DNA from: Planctomycetota bacterium
Lineage (GTDB): Bacteria; Planctomycetota; PUPC01; DSUN01
DNA length: 64,000 bases
NCBI GenBank assembly: GCA_041320515.1
Contig: JBGLNR010000001.1
Coordinates: 578,405 to 642,404 of the forward strand
Reading direction: 5' to 3'
Numbering within the stretch: position 1 is the stretch's first letter; each line of letters starts with the position of its first letter. The notes beneath the pieces are model-generated. The model was not told the DNA's origin and ran no database searches. It saw nothing but the letters and a program-made list of their open reading frames with translations. This document shows positions 1-8,756 of the stretch, piece by piece. A program made the translations under genes and the position numbers.

Positions 1-575
1 AGGCCCCAGCGGTCATCTTCCTCGACGACGGCGGCAAGGCCGCGGCCCGAGTGTCGCCCGTCGTGCGTGGGCTGTTGGACGCCGGACACGCCGTGCTGGC
101 GCTCGAGCCCAGGGCGCTCGGCGAGGGCGCCGTGAAGCTCAACCACTGCGCCAGCGACGCCGTGCTACTCGGCCGCCCGCTCCTCGCGCAGCAGGCTTGG
201 GACGTGCTGTGTGCGGCCCGCTGCCTGAAGGCGCGAGGCGCGGAAAGCGTAGCGGTGGTGGCTCGTGGGAGCGTGGGGCTGATCGCCGCCTTGGCCGGGG
301 CGCTTTCGGATGACCTCTGCGCCGGCGTCATCGAGGGCACGATGGCGAGCCTGCTCTATGCCATTGACGACCCGCTGCCCCTGCCGCAGTGGGCGTATGC
401 GGCGAACCTGCTCAAGGCGGCCGACGTGCCGCAGTTGCTGGCCCTCTGGGCGCCGCGGCCGCTCCTCTGGGCCGACCCGGTGGGCTCGGGGAAGCGGCCC
501 ATCGCGCAAGGCCAAGCCCCGGCCTCCGCCGACCGAGTAGTGCAGTTCATCGAGAATCAGAGCCGCCTGAAGTAG
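1..575 (+). CDS. alpha/beta-hydrolase fold protein, C-terminal part (5' end lies upstream of the window)
   Basis: Frame is open from position 3 to a stop at 573-575. Translation (…AVIFLDDGGKAAARV…GSVGLIAALAG…) has alpha/beta-hydrolase / dienelactone-hydrolase-like character. No start codon is present inside the window. Confidence 0.6.
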   Translation, partial: APAVIFLDDGGKAAARVSPVVRGLLDAGHAVLALEPRALGEGAVKLNHCASDAVLLGRPLLAQQAWDVLCAARCLKARGAESVAVVARGSVGLIAALAGALSDDLCAGVIEGTMASLLYAIDDPLPLPQWAYAANLLKAADVPQLLALWAPRPLLWADPVGSGKRPIAQGQAPASADRVVQFIENQSRLK

Positions 576-1351
576 GCCAGCCAGCGGGGCAGCGCGGTCT
601 CGATGGGCTCAATCTCGCAGATTTCGTACTCCAGCGCATAGTCGCCTCGATAGCCAAGCCCTTCCAACCGCGCGATGATCCAGGGATAGTCAATCTCCCC
701 CTCGCCCAGATGGGTGGCCTGGAACTTGTCGCCCGTCCAGCGACCGTCCTTGATGTGAATGTGGACGATCCAGGGGGCGAAGGCATCGAAGGCCGCCTTG
801 TAGTCCACCCGCGCGTGGGACAGGTTGGCCGGCTCGTAGAGGACGCCGAAGTGCTTGGAGCCGACGGCCTCGCACAGCCGCACCGTGGCCTCGACGTTCC
901 CCGCCAGGCTGCCTTTGTGATTCTCCATGCCGAGGTAGATGCCGCGTGGAGCGGCATAGGCCGCGCTCTCCGTGAAGAGCGGCGCGAGCCGCGGGATGAT
1001 GGCAGGGTCCTCGCCCGTCCCCGGCCGCACGCGGATCGAGCGAGAGCCGAAGCGGACGGCCAGGTCAATCGTCGCCTTCATCTCGGTGAGGCCCTTTGCC
1101 CGCGCCTCCTCCGAATCCGATGCGAAATCGCCGCCGCAATAGGTGCCCAGATTGGCGATGCGCACGCCCGCGGCCCTCGCCGCCGCCTCCAGCGCCGCGT
1201 GGTCGCACTTTGCCGGGTCCGCCGAGAAGTGCGGCACGTTACCCCAAAGGTCAACCTTCCTGAAGCCTGCGGCGGCTATCGTCTGCAGGGCCTCGGCGGC
1301 CGGCTTGGCCCGGAGGGGGTAGGTGCAGGTGGAGATGCGGGTGAGATGCAT
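557..1351 (-). CDS. sugar phosphate isomerase/epimerase (xylose-isomerase-like TIM barrel)
   Basis: 264-aa ORF. Motifs typical of the Xyl-isomerase-like TIM-barrel family (…IYLGMENHKGSLAGN…HIHIKDG…EGEIDYPWII…). AGGAGCC Shine-Dalgarno lies upstream of the ATG at 1351. Confidence 0.8.
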   Translation of the reverse strand: MHLTRISTCTYPLRAKPAAEALQTIAAAGFRKVDLWGNVPHFSADPAKCDHAALEAAARAAGVRIANLGTYCGGDFASDSEEARAKGLTEMKATIDLAVRFGSRSIRVRPGTGEDPAIIPRLAPLFTESAAYAAPRGIYLGMENHKGSLAGNVEATVRLCEAVGSKHFGVLYEPANLSHARVDYKAAFDAFAPWIVHIHIKDGRWTGDKFQATHLGEGEIDYPWIIARLEGLGYRGDYALEYEICEIEPIETALPRWLAYFRRL

Positions 1352-1375
1352 GGAAGGCTCCTGGTTTGTTGCCGT

Positions 1376-1411
1376 GATCCGACGGATCGGTCGGATCGGT
1401 CAGATCCGTCT
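1376..1411. repeat. tandem 9-mer repeat (GATCCGACG GATCGGTCG GATCGGTCA GATCCGTCT), 4 copies, each with a GATC core
   Basis: Read directly in the intergenic gap between the stop of the beta-propeller gene (1411) and the start of the isomerase gene (1351). The same 9-mer family recurs at 27172-27207 and 57144-57189. Confidence 0.8.
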
Positions 1412-2730
1412 CATTTCCCCGCCACAATGCAGTACAGGCTCTTCGCCGTGCGGATGAAGAGTCTGCCGCCGGCGATGGCGATGCTGGCTTGGCAGGGGCC
1501 TTCGCCCATCTGGATGCGCGAGAGGACCTTGAACTCGTCGCCCGCGGCGAGGACGGCGACTTCGCCGTTCTGGCTGATGACGTAGACCTTGCCGTCGCCT
1601 GCGGTGAATGAGGCGCGGAGGACGCCTTTCATTTCCAGGCTGTGCTCCCAGAGCTTCTTGCCTGTCTTGGCGTCGAGGCAGGCCATCACGCGGCTGCCGT
1701 CGTTGGCCACGTAGAGGCGGCCCTGGTAGAGGAGGGGGGTGAGCACGTCGGGCACGGTCTGGTCGAGGCGCCAGGCGAGATCGCCCGCGCCCAGCTCGCC
1801 CTTGCCGCCGCCCTTGATGGCGTAGACCGAGCGGTTCTTCGGCCGCACGGCGTAGATGAGTCCATCGCCCGGCGTGGCGGAGTTGACGGTGCGCTGCCAC
1901 ACCTGGCGGTCGGCCGGCTGATACCACCAGCGCCACAGTTCGGCGCCGGTCTCGGCGTCGTGCCCCGTCACGCACTCGCCGCCGGGGATGATGATTTCCG
2001 CCCGCCCGCTCCCCTCGTAGGGGATAGGCGAGAGATAGGTCTCCACTGATTCGTCGGTCGCTGTGGTCGGGCGGACATGCTTCCAGAGCGTCTTGCCCGT
2101 CGCGGGGTCGAGGGCGAGGAGGAACGATTCGAGGGGCTCGGACCGCTTGTCGTGGGTGCGGTTGTACTTCTGCGCACTCGCGTTCTGCATCACGAGGACG
2201 TAGAGCCTGCCCTTGTAGAGCAGCGGGCTGGAGCTGTAGCCGTACTTGACGACGAACTCGCCGTAGTCCTTCTCCAGCTCGCGCGACCACAGATCCTTCC
2301 CATCGAGGTCGAAGGCGATGAGTTGGCCTGTGCCATAGTAGAACCAGACCGTCTTGCCGTCGGTGACGGGGGAGGGGCAGGCCATGTTGTTGCCGCCGAC
2401 GGGCGCCTTGCGGTCCCTGCCGACGGCCTTCTGCCAGAGCACCTTGCCCGTCGCCCCATCGAGGCGGAGGGCGAGCAGGTCCTTCGTCTCCCTGTCCACG
2501 GAACTGACGAACACGCGGTCACCCCACACAATGGGCGTCGCCGCGCCGGGGCCGGGCATGGGCGCGACCCAAGCCACATTCGTCTTCTCCTTCACATCCC
2601 AGCTTGACGGCAGCCCCGGCTCCGTCGTCGAGCCGTTCGAGAACGGCCCGCGCCACTGCGGCCAGTTCTCCGCCCGAGCCGGACCCAAGCAGACCGCGAT
2701 CCAAAACAAAGACAGTCCGAATGCTCTCAT
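1411..2730 (-). CDS. secreted PQQ-like beta-propeller repeat protein (BamB/YVTN-like)
   Basis: 439-aa ORF. N-terminal signal peptide (MRAFGLSLFWIAVCLGPARA). Repeated 'G.LYVG…DG.L.A.DA.TGK.LW' blades typical of PQQ-enzyme-repeat beta-propellers. Confidence 0.8.
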   Translation of the reverse strand: MRAFGLSLFWIAVCLGPARAENWPQWRGPFSNGSTTEPGLPSSWDVKEKTNVAWVAPMPGPGAATPIVWGDRVFVSSVDRETKDLLALRLDGATGKVLWQKAVGRDRKAPVGGNNMACPSPVTDGKTVWFYYGTGQLIAFDLDGKDLWSRELEKDYGEFVVKYGYSSSPLLYKGRLYVLVMQNASAQKYNRTHDKRSEPLESFLLALDPATGKTLWKHVRPTTATDESVETYLSPIPYEGSGRAEIIIPGGECVTGHDAETGAELWRWWYQPADRQVWQRTVNSATPGDGLIYAVRPKNRSVYAIKGGGKGELGAGDLAWRLDQTVPDVLTPLLYQGRLYVANDGSRVMACLDAKTGKKLWEHSLEMKGVLRASFTAGDGKVYVISQNGEVAVLAAGDEFKVLSRIQMGEGPCQASIAIAGGRLFIRTAKSLYCIVAGK

Positions 2731-2760
2731 TGTTCGCCCCTCGGGGGTACGGGGGTCAGG

Positions 2761-3165
2761 TCATGCGTTCAGATGCGGGGCCTGCCAACTGGCGGGGGTG
2801 TAGCCGTGAAGCTCGATGCGGTTGCCGTCGGGGTCGCTGAGCCAGGCCTGCCAGCTCTGGTCGCTGCCGAGCTTGGGGTCGGTGGCCTCGACGCCCCTGG
2901 CCCGCAGGTCGGCGACGGTGGCCGCCACGTCGTCCACCTCGATGCAGATGTGGCGGAAGCTCTGGCCCTTGGCCGGCTCGGCCAGTTGGCCCGTGAACAG
3001 CTCGATGAAGCTGCGGCCGCCGAGGTGCAGGTAGACGCCAAAGCGCTCCCCCTTGTCGTTCACGAAGTCGAAGGCGCGCGTCAGGCCCAGCTTCTCGCAG
3101 TAGAAGGCGATGGACGCATCGAGGTCGCGGACCGTGAAGCAGACGTGTGCGAGGGCTTTGACCAT
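2761..3165 (-). CDS. VOC family protein (glyoxalase/bleomycin-resistance/dioxygenase fold)
   Basis: 134-aa ORF. 'HVCFTVRDLDASIAFY…LGL' and 'HICIEVDDV…GNRIEL' are the two VOC half-motifs. AGGAGCC Shine-Dalgarno before the ATG. Confidence 0.8.
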   Translation of the reverse strand: MVKALAHVCFTVRDLDASIAFYCEKLGLTRAFDFVNDKGERFGVYLHLGGRSFIELFTGQLAEPAKGQSFRHICIEVDDVAATVADLRARGVEATDPKLGSDQSWQAWLSDPDGNRIELHGYTPASWQAPHLNA

Positions 3166-3291
3166 GCAAGGCTCCTGTTCCTCCCGTGGGGCCGCGTACC
3201 AGGGCGCATATGGTGTCAGTTTCGCCGCGTCTTGTCAAAGGCCCTCCCTGTCTTGACACGCGCTCGGCAGAGGACTACCATCGAGAAGGCT

Positions 3292-3366
3292 CGTAGTGCG
3301 GGCTTCAGCCCGTATCTTCGCCGCCGCATCGGCAGCCCAAGATACGGCCTGAAGGCCGCACTACAA
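3292..3366. repeat. REP-like composite hairpin (GTAGTGCGGGCTTCAGCCCGTATCT … AGATACGGCCTGAAGGCCGCACTAC)
   Basis: Near-perfect 25-nt inverted arms, each with an internal GGGCT-TCA-AGCCC mini-palindrome. Member of a family seen at five sites in this window. Confidence 0.85.
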
Positions 3367-3408
3367 GCTCTGGCGTTCCGCTCCCGAGGAACTGGTAAAG
3401 GGTTCGAC

Positions 3409-5658
3409 ATGAGACTCAGCGTGTTGCTGGCGGCAGTTCTGCTGGCGAGCAGGGCCTGGGCGGCGGGGCTGCCCGTATCGGTGCCCATCGAGGGGATCAA
3501 GGAGCTGAACGCCGGGGCGTGGGGCGGCCCGGAGTTGGACGGGCAGCCCGCCTATCGCCTGGCGCTCAAGGGCAAGGATGCCTGGGTGCGCATTCCCGCC
3601 TGGTGGGGCGAGGGCGCTCGGCCACCACAGGGCGCACGCTATGTCGTCGAGGTCACGTTCAAGGATGTTGTGGAAGCCCCGATCGTTGCCGAGTCGTTCG
3701 GGGCGTTGGGCAGTTACTACGGCCGAAGCGAACTGCACCGCTTCGGGGGTGCGAACGACGGGCAGTGGAAGGTGGCTCAGGTGCCCGTGAGCTGGAACCT
3801 GCTGGTTGCGCCCAAGGGCACGAGGTCCGCCGAGCTTGCCTTCCGCGCGCCCGCCGACCTGCCCATTTCGCAGCTTGTCATCCGCGAGGCAAAGCTGCCC
3901 GAGGACCAGGCGCGTTACGAGGCCGAATCGCGGGCGTGGGTGGCGAAGGCCCAGGCGGCCAAGGCCACGGAGGCGGGGCAGATGAACGCCGACGAGACGG
4001 CCGTGGCGCCCGAGGGATACGTAGGGAGGGCCTTGGTGCCCTACGTCCGCGCCTACTACGACCGCATCTACCCGAACAGCGCGCCGCGCAAGGCGGAGGT
4101 CAGGGCGACCATCCACGTGCGCTTGGCCCGAAACGAGTTCGAGCCAGGCACCTTCGCCGTCTATGCCCAGGAGGATCTCAAGGGCGTGGACTTCGCGGTG
4201 TCGGAGCTGACTGGGCCGACGGGCACGCTGGCGTGCGAGATTCGCCGCCACACCATCGAGTACGCTCTGGAGCCGAAGGGGAAGGGCCTGGCCTGGGCGC
4301 CGCAGCGGCTCTGGCATGCATTCCCCGCGAGTATCAAGAAGGGGCAGTCGGCCTGGTTCTGGATAACCGTTCGCACCCTCGGCGAGGCGAGCCAGCCGGG
4401 GAAGTACCGCGGCAAAGTCATGATCGCCGCCGGGCAACAGACAGCCGAGTTGCCCATTCAGGTCGAGGTGCTGCCCATCACGCTCCTGACGATGGACGAG
4501 GCGGGGCTGCGGATGGGCGGCTGCGTGACCGGCCTCGCGACGGCAGGCGAGATGGCGACGATGCGCGAGCACAACCACAACATGGTCAACCTCTGGTTCG
4601 CAGGCGTCCAGCCCGAGATGAAGAAGGAGGGCGACCGAATCGTCCTCGACTTCCATTACCTCGACGACTGGATGAAGCTGGCCAGGGAGAACGGCCAGGG
4701 CGCCATCGTGTGGTTCCTCGGCGGCAACCCGAACGGCTTCCCGATGACCCTCTCGATGGAGCGCGACCTCTACGCCCTCGCCTGCGGCCCGCGAGACGAC
4801 TTCCTCAAGAAGGCCGGCTCCCAGGAGTTCCGCGGCAAGGTGCTGCCCGAGGTGCGGCCCCACTATGCACAGTGGCTCAAAGACGTGGTTGCGCACGCCA
4901 AGGAGAAGGGCTGGCCCGAGCTGATCTTCACCCCCTTCGACGAGCCGGCGAAGTGGGCCTATCCCGAGCCGCGGGCCGACAAGAGCTACAAGTTCGCCAT
5001 CGGCTGCGGCCCGTGGATTCGCGACCACTTCAAGGACGCTTGCGCCCTCATCCACGAGGCCGCGCCCGGCAGCAAGGTCTACGTCTCGATGCACCGCAAC
5101 TTCCACCGCAAGGTCCACGGGACCGACGGACGGGTCGGAGAGATCTTCATCCCCGACTGCGATGTCATCTGCACGAACGCGATTGACGAGGACAACGAAC
5201 TGGGGGACAAGGTGCGGAGCGCGGGCAAGGCATTCTGGCAGTACTCGGGCACCCGCAGCCGCCGATTCGGATTCGGCTTCTACTTCGGTGCCTGGGACTC
5301 CCGCGGCTCGCTCTGCTGGGCCTACAACTGGGGGCGGCGGTTCGACATCACGGAAGGCTCGAACTGGCAGTATGCCTGGTGCTCCCCCTTCGACACCATC
5401 CTCACGCCCGACTACGAGGAACTGCGCGAGGCCTGGGACGACCGCCGCTACATCGAGACCGCCAAGGCCGCGGCCAAGGCCGCGGGCAAGGACATCTCCG
5501 ACCTCCTCGCCCAGATACGCGCCGAGACCCTCGCCAACCAGGGCACGGGAGGCCGCGACCTCGTCAACGACTTCTGGGAGGAGGGCCGCCAGGCGAACAA
5601 GATGGACCAGTGGCGCGATCTGTTGGCGAAGAAGATCATTGAGCTGGCCCGCAGGTAG
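3409..5658 (+). CDS. secreted TIM-barrel protein, putative glycoside hydrolase (DUF4091-like)
   Basis: The long six-frame ORF (2773..5658) is antisense to the VOC gene at its 5' end. The true start is the ATG at 3409, followed by a signal peptide (MRLSVLLAAVLLASRAWAAG). The remainder is globular with many W/Y and a (beta/alpha)8-like pattern. Function is assigned by resemblance only. Confidence 0.6.
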   Translation: MRLSVLLAAVLLASRAWAAGLPVSVPIEGIKELNAGAWGGPELDGQPAYRLALKGKDAWVRIPAWWGEGARPPQGARYVVEVTFKDVVEAPIVAESFGALGSYYGRSELHRFGGANDGQWKVAQVPVSWNLLVAPKGTRSAELAFRAPADLPISQLVIREAKLPEDQARYEAESRAWVAKAQAAKATEAGQMNADETAVAPEGYVGRALVPYVRAYYDRIYPNSAPRKAEVRATIHVRLARNEFEPGTFAVYAQEDLKGVDFAVSELTGPTGTLACEIRRHTIEYALEPKGKGLAWAPQRLWHAFPASIKKGQSAWFWITVRTLGEASQPGKYRGKVMIAAGQQTAELPIQVEVLPITLLTMDEAGLRMGGCVTGLATAGEMATMREHNHNMVNLWFAGVQPEMKKEGDRIVLDFHYLDDWMKLARENGQGAIVWFLGGNPNGFPMTLSMERDLYALACGPRDDFLKKAGSQEFRGKVLPEVRPHYAQWLKDVVAHAKEKGWPELIFTPFDEPAKWAYPEPRADKSYKFAIGCGPWIRDHFKDACALIHEAAPGSKVYVSMHRNFHRKVHGTDGRVGEIFIPDCDVICTNAIDEDNELGDKVRSAGKAFWQYSGTRSRRFGFGFYFGAWDSRGSLCWAYNWGRRFDITEGSNWQYAWCSPFDTILTPDYEELREAWDDRRYIETAKAAAKAAGKDISDLLAQIRAETLANQGTGGRDLVNDFWEEGRQANKMDQWRDLLAKKIIELARR

Positions 5659-5667
5659 ACGGGTGTT

Positions 5668-5700
5668 GCAACTGGCCGTTGCGAGCGCTAGAATGAGGTA
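5668..5700 (+). promoter_or_regulatory. sigma70-like promoter TTGCAA-N17-TAGAAT with GTTGCAAC palindrome (candidate vapBC promoter/operator)
   Basis: TTGCAActggccgttgcgagcgcTAGAAT lies about 50 nt upstream of the antitoxin ATG. The -35 element sits in a perfect 8-bp palindrome, typical of TA autoregulation sites. Confidence 0.5.
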
Positions 5701-5748
5701 GAGGGAGGACGGCTAGGTGACTATGCGCCTCGGACGAAGGGATGGGGC

Positions 5749-5967
5749 ATGAGCACTGCGGTGAAAACACCCGCGAAGCGGCCTGCTACGCGAAGCAGAG
5801 CGTTGGCCCCCACGCGAGGCAGCGCGCGATTGAAGAGGCCCATGACGGTGCGCGACTTGCTCGAGAGCGGCCTCCCCGGACTCTGGAAAGACCGGACCGA
5901 CATCGATGATACACTTGCCTTCTGCCGGCAGTTGCGGGCGAGAGCGCAGAACCGCGGAATGGGATAG
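5749..5967 (+). CDS. type II antitoxin (VapB-like) partner of the downstream PIN toxin
   Basis: 72-aa ORF whose stop lies 4 nt before the PIN gene start. The N-terminus is basic and the C-terminal helix (…DIDDTLAFCRQLRARAQNRG) is typical of small antitoxins. An internal start (MTVRDLL…) is possible. Confidence 0.55.
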   Translation: MSTAVKTPAKRPATRSRALAPTRGSARLKRPMTVRDLLESGLPGLWKDRTDIDDTLAFCRQLRARAQNRGMG

Positions 5968-5973
5968 CTCCGT

Positions 5974-6363
5974 ATGTTGGTCCTCGATGCCGACGTGATC
6001 GTGGACATCCTTCGATGGTATCCACCTGCCATGGCATGGCTGAAATCCCTTCCGGTAGAGGAGCAGGTGGTCGTGCCTGGGTTCGTTGCCATGGAGTTGC
6101 TGGACGGCGAACCCGACAAGCAACGCGTGGCTCAGATGCAGCGGAAGCTGGCCCCATTCACCGTTTACTGGCCCACTGCGGGCGACTGCGAGCGGGCGCT
6201 ACAGGTTTTTCCCCGCGCGAAGCTCTCCCACGGCACGGGCATCCTGGACGCGCTGATCGCCGAGACCGCGAAGGGTCTCGGCCTTCCGCTGCACACCTTC
6301 AATGTGAAGCACTACAGACCCATCCCTGGCCTCAGGACGGTTCAGCCCTATAGCAGGCCCTAG
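5974..6363 (+). CDS. vapC: PIN-domain ribonuclease toxin VapC
   Basis: 129-aa ORF. 'MLVLDADVIVDIL…' gives the N-terminal acidic PIN residue, and later acidic positions (…DALIAETA…) follow the PIN pattern. Classic two-gene TA layout. Confidence 0.8.
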   Translation: MLVLDADVIVDILRWYPPAMAWLKSLPVEEQVVVPGFVAMELLDGEPDKQRVAQMQRKLAPFTVYWPTAGDCERALQVFPRAKLSHGTGILDALIAETAKGLGLPLHTFNVKHYRPIPGLRTVQPYSRP

Positions 6364-7180
6364 TTCCGTCTTCGACCAGAAGCTCCACGCACCGCTTCCC
6401 GAGATTCTCGTCGAGCTTCAGCTTCATACCTTCGACTCCGCGAGGGGAATCTCGACGTATCGCTCCCGCGACATCTCCGCTCCATAGGTTATGTGGCCCC
6501 GCGGGCGTTCATCCTCCTATCATGCTAAGTCGGGCCCCGGTCCAGAAACTTTAGCACTTTTCTTCACAAAACCCATGACCATGCACGCTAAATACGTACA
6601 GAGGGAGAGGGGTCCAAACACCCCCCTCCCTTTCAGGGAGGGGCAGGGGGAGGGTGGGGGCCCGCCGCCGCCCCACGGCGCCAGGAATAGGGGCCATACT
6701 CGAGGAGGGCTCGGCGGCCCCACGTGGCCGCGCCCTGCCCTGCACGGCCTGAAGGCCGCACTCCAAACAGAGTCCATCGCCCCTGCTCGCTGAAGCCCAT
6801 TCAGCTTCTGTCGCGGATTCCTGCAGCGACAAGCGTCCCGCTTGCCGAAGGGCCGAGGAAAGCCGCAGAAGGCAGTCGGCCAGGCTGAAGTGGCCGAGTA
6901 AGCGGCCGAGCCGGGCGGCGACGCGTGCCAGCTTCCTCACGACAACGCCCCCGAGGCCGAACCTGCCCCGACGCCCTCGCGCGAACGCGGCGAAGTCAAC
7001 GGGCGCGAGGAACCCCCAATGTGACAGGCACGATGCTGCGGACGCCCTGCTCCCGCTCCAGTCGCGGAAAGCCCCGGGTCCGCCACGCCCAAGCCGTGCT
7101 TGGCCGCGTCTTCCGCAACGGCAACTAATCCCGTATGATGGCCCCCGAACTGACCACAGGCACCCCCAGGACGGCATTCC

Positions 7181-8572
7181 TCATCGGGCAGGTGACTTGA
7201 GCGATCCGACTGCTTTCCTCAACCGATTGGCGTAGGCGGCTTGCCAATCCGAGAGCTGCCTCATCTTCGCCTGCGTGTCCTTGACCAACCTGTTGAAGGC
7301 TGGGTGATCCTCATCCCTCCCAAAGACGATGACCTTCCCAACCAGGGTGTACGTACCGAACTTGCTCTCGAGAAGCTCGAAGACTGCGCGCACGCTTCCT
7401 AGGAAACCCCGCAAGTGAAGCATGTATGCTGTGTTGGCTTCAGAGGCCTCTTGCATTCCTTCACGCCATTGTGCAATCACAGCATCCAACCCGCCCCTCG
7501 GCAGGGACAACTCGCGCAGCCGCCTGTCTCCCTCAGAAGCCATTGCCAGCACCTTGACCCAGTGCTCCGATATGACCTTCTCGTAGTGGTCAAGCATCGC
7601 TAGCCTTCCTCTGATCCCTTCAAGGCTCTTGGGCGCGTCGTCGCTCAGCAAAGTGGCCCAGGGAACACGGTTCTGTTCCGTCTTCAGAGCGGCGTCAAGC
7701 TCCTCATAGCGGGATTCGAACCAACAGAAGAAGTCAAGAACCGGGCGGTACCTGCCGTAGTCAGACGGATTCCGGTTCCGGAAGTGCTGGTAACGGCCTT
7801 CGCTCGCTCCCTCGAAAAGGGCCGCAAAATCGGCTTGAAACATCCCCGCCACTTCGGCACCTTCGGCCTGGGCGAGGGCTTGCTCCAGTCGGGCGGCGTC
7901 AAGCTTCATCATGACCCCACCCACTGCCCAGCATGTAAACAAGAAGAAGACCACAGAGACGACTGCCAGCGTCTTGGTCGCCATTCGCCAGAGGCGTATC
8001 AGGGGCACCCTTGCCCGCCACCACGAAATGCACGAAGGCAATTCCAGGAGCACCCAGAACACCAAGCAGTGACCCAACACTGCGCCCAGCGCGGATGCCG
8101 ACGGGTGTGTGCGGTTCAGTGTCCGATTCAGATCGCAGTGTGCAGAATAGAGCGTGTGAAGAGCCAGCAAGGTCAACAGACAGGAGATCCACCGCAGGGT
8201 CAGGGCTCCCACGCGAATGCCCTTCGGCGCGAGCGTACTATCCCTTCTCCCCTCTGATGCGGGCAACCTTGACGATGTGTCTGGGGGAACAGTTTCTGTT
8301 CCGACTATCTGGCCACCATCGCGCGCCGAAGACTCCATAGCCATGCTCGTCACAGGTGCCGGGTGGCGCAGCGCGGCCGCGGCCGGGGGTGCGGGTTCCT
8401 TGGTGGGCAACGGCGAGGGCGACGTCCGCTGCCCTTCGCTCAGAGACGCCACACGGCGCTGCGCGTGAGGCGCGATCACGTCGCGCCGACAATTGGGGCA
8501 TGTGGCCGCCAGCCCCGCCCACTCGTCGGGCACGTCGAGCGATGCTCCGCACTGGCACTTGAATGTGATCAT
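7181..8572 (-). CDS. membrane protein with N-terminal MJ0042-type CXXC zinc ribbon, 3 predicted TM helices and a C-terminal cytoplasmic domain of unknown function
   Basis: 463-aa ORF. 'MITFKCQCGASLDVPDEWAGLAATCPNCRR' matches the MJ0042/zinc_ribbon_4-5 pattern. Hydrophobic segments fall at roughly aa 125-215. Paralogous N-termini occur at 8757..9386 and 24306..26168. Confidence 0.75.
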   Translation of the reverse strand: MITFKCQCGASLDVPDEWAGLAATCPNCRRDVIAPHAQRRVASLSEGQRTSPSPLPTKEPAPPAAAALRHPAPVTSMAMESSARDGGQIVGTETVPPDTSSRLPASEGRRDSTLAPKGIRVGALTLRWISCLLTLLALHTLYSAHCDLNRTLNRTHPSASALGAVLGHCLVFWVLLELPSCISWWRARVPLIRLWRMATKTLAVVSVVFFLFTCWAVGGVMMKLDAARLEQALAQAEGAEVAGMFQADFAALFEGASEGRYQHFRNRNPSDYGRYRPVLDFFCWFESRYEELDAALKTEQNRVPWATLLSDDAPKSLEGIRGRLAMLDHYEKVISEHWVKVLAMASEGDRRLRELSLPRGGLDAVIAQWREGMQEASEANTAYMLHLRGFLGSVRAVFELLESKFGTYTLVGKVIVFGRDEDHPAFNRLVKDTQAKMRQLSDWQAAYANRLRKAVGSLKSPAR

Positions 8573-8617
8573 CCCGCTCCCCCCAACGACCGTTCGGATT
8601 GCTGAGGGCGCATCGGC

Positions 8618-8646
8618 AGTATCGCGCTCCCGCCGCCGCTTGTCAA
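8618..8646 (-). promoter_or_regulatory. sigma70-like promoter TTGACA-N17-GATACT (minus strand) with a conserved 5'-UTR
   Basis: Reverse complement reads TTGACAagcggcggcgggagcgcGATACTgccgatgcgccctcagcaatccgaacggtcgttggggggagcgggATG. It is almost identical to the region upstream of the 8757..9386 paralog. Confidence 0.65.
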
Positions 8647-8756
8647 CCGCGCACCGACCAGAAGGGCAGCAGTCCGCGGTTGCTCCGAATCGAGGCAGGG
8701 GCAGTGCTGGTGCTTATCGAACTCCTCAGTTGGTGATCCGTCCTATGAAGCCGCGG

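Noticed and set aside
2773-3408. 5' extension of the 961-aa ORF upstream of the ATG at 3409
   Set aside because: It is antisense to the VOC gene and crosses a promoter and a REP hairpin. The signal-peptide ATG at 3409 is the credible start.
6600-6665. G/C-tract hairpin CCCCCTCCCTTTCAGGGAGGGG followed by G-runs as a rho-independent terminator or G-quadruplex
   Set aside because: It is about 260 nt from the nearest stop and has no U-tract. Noted only as part of the repeat-rich vapC to zinc-ribbon interval.
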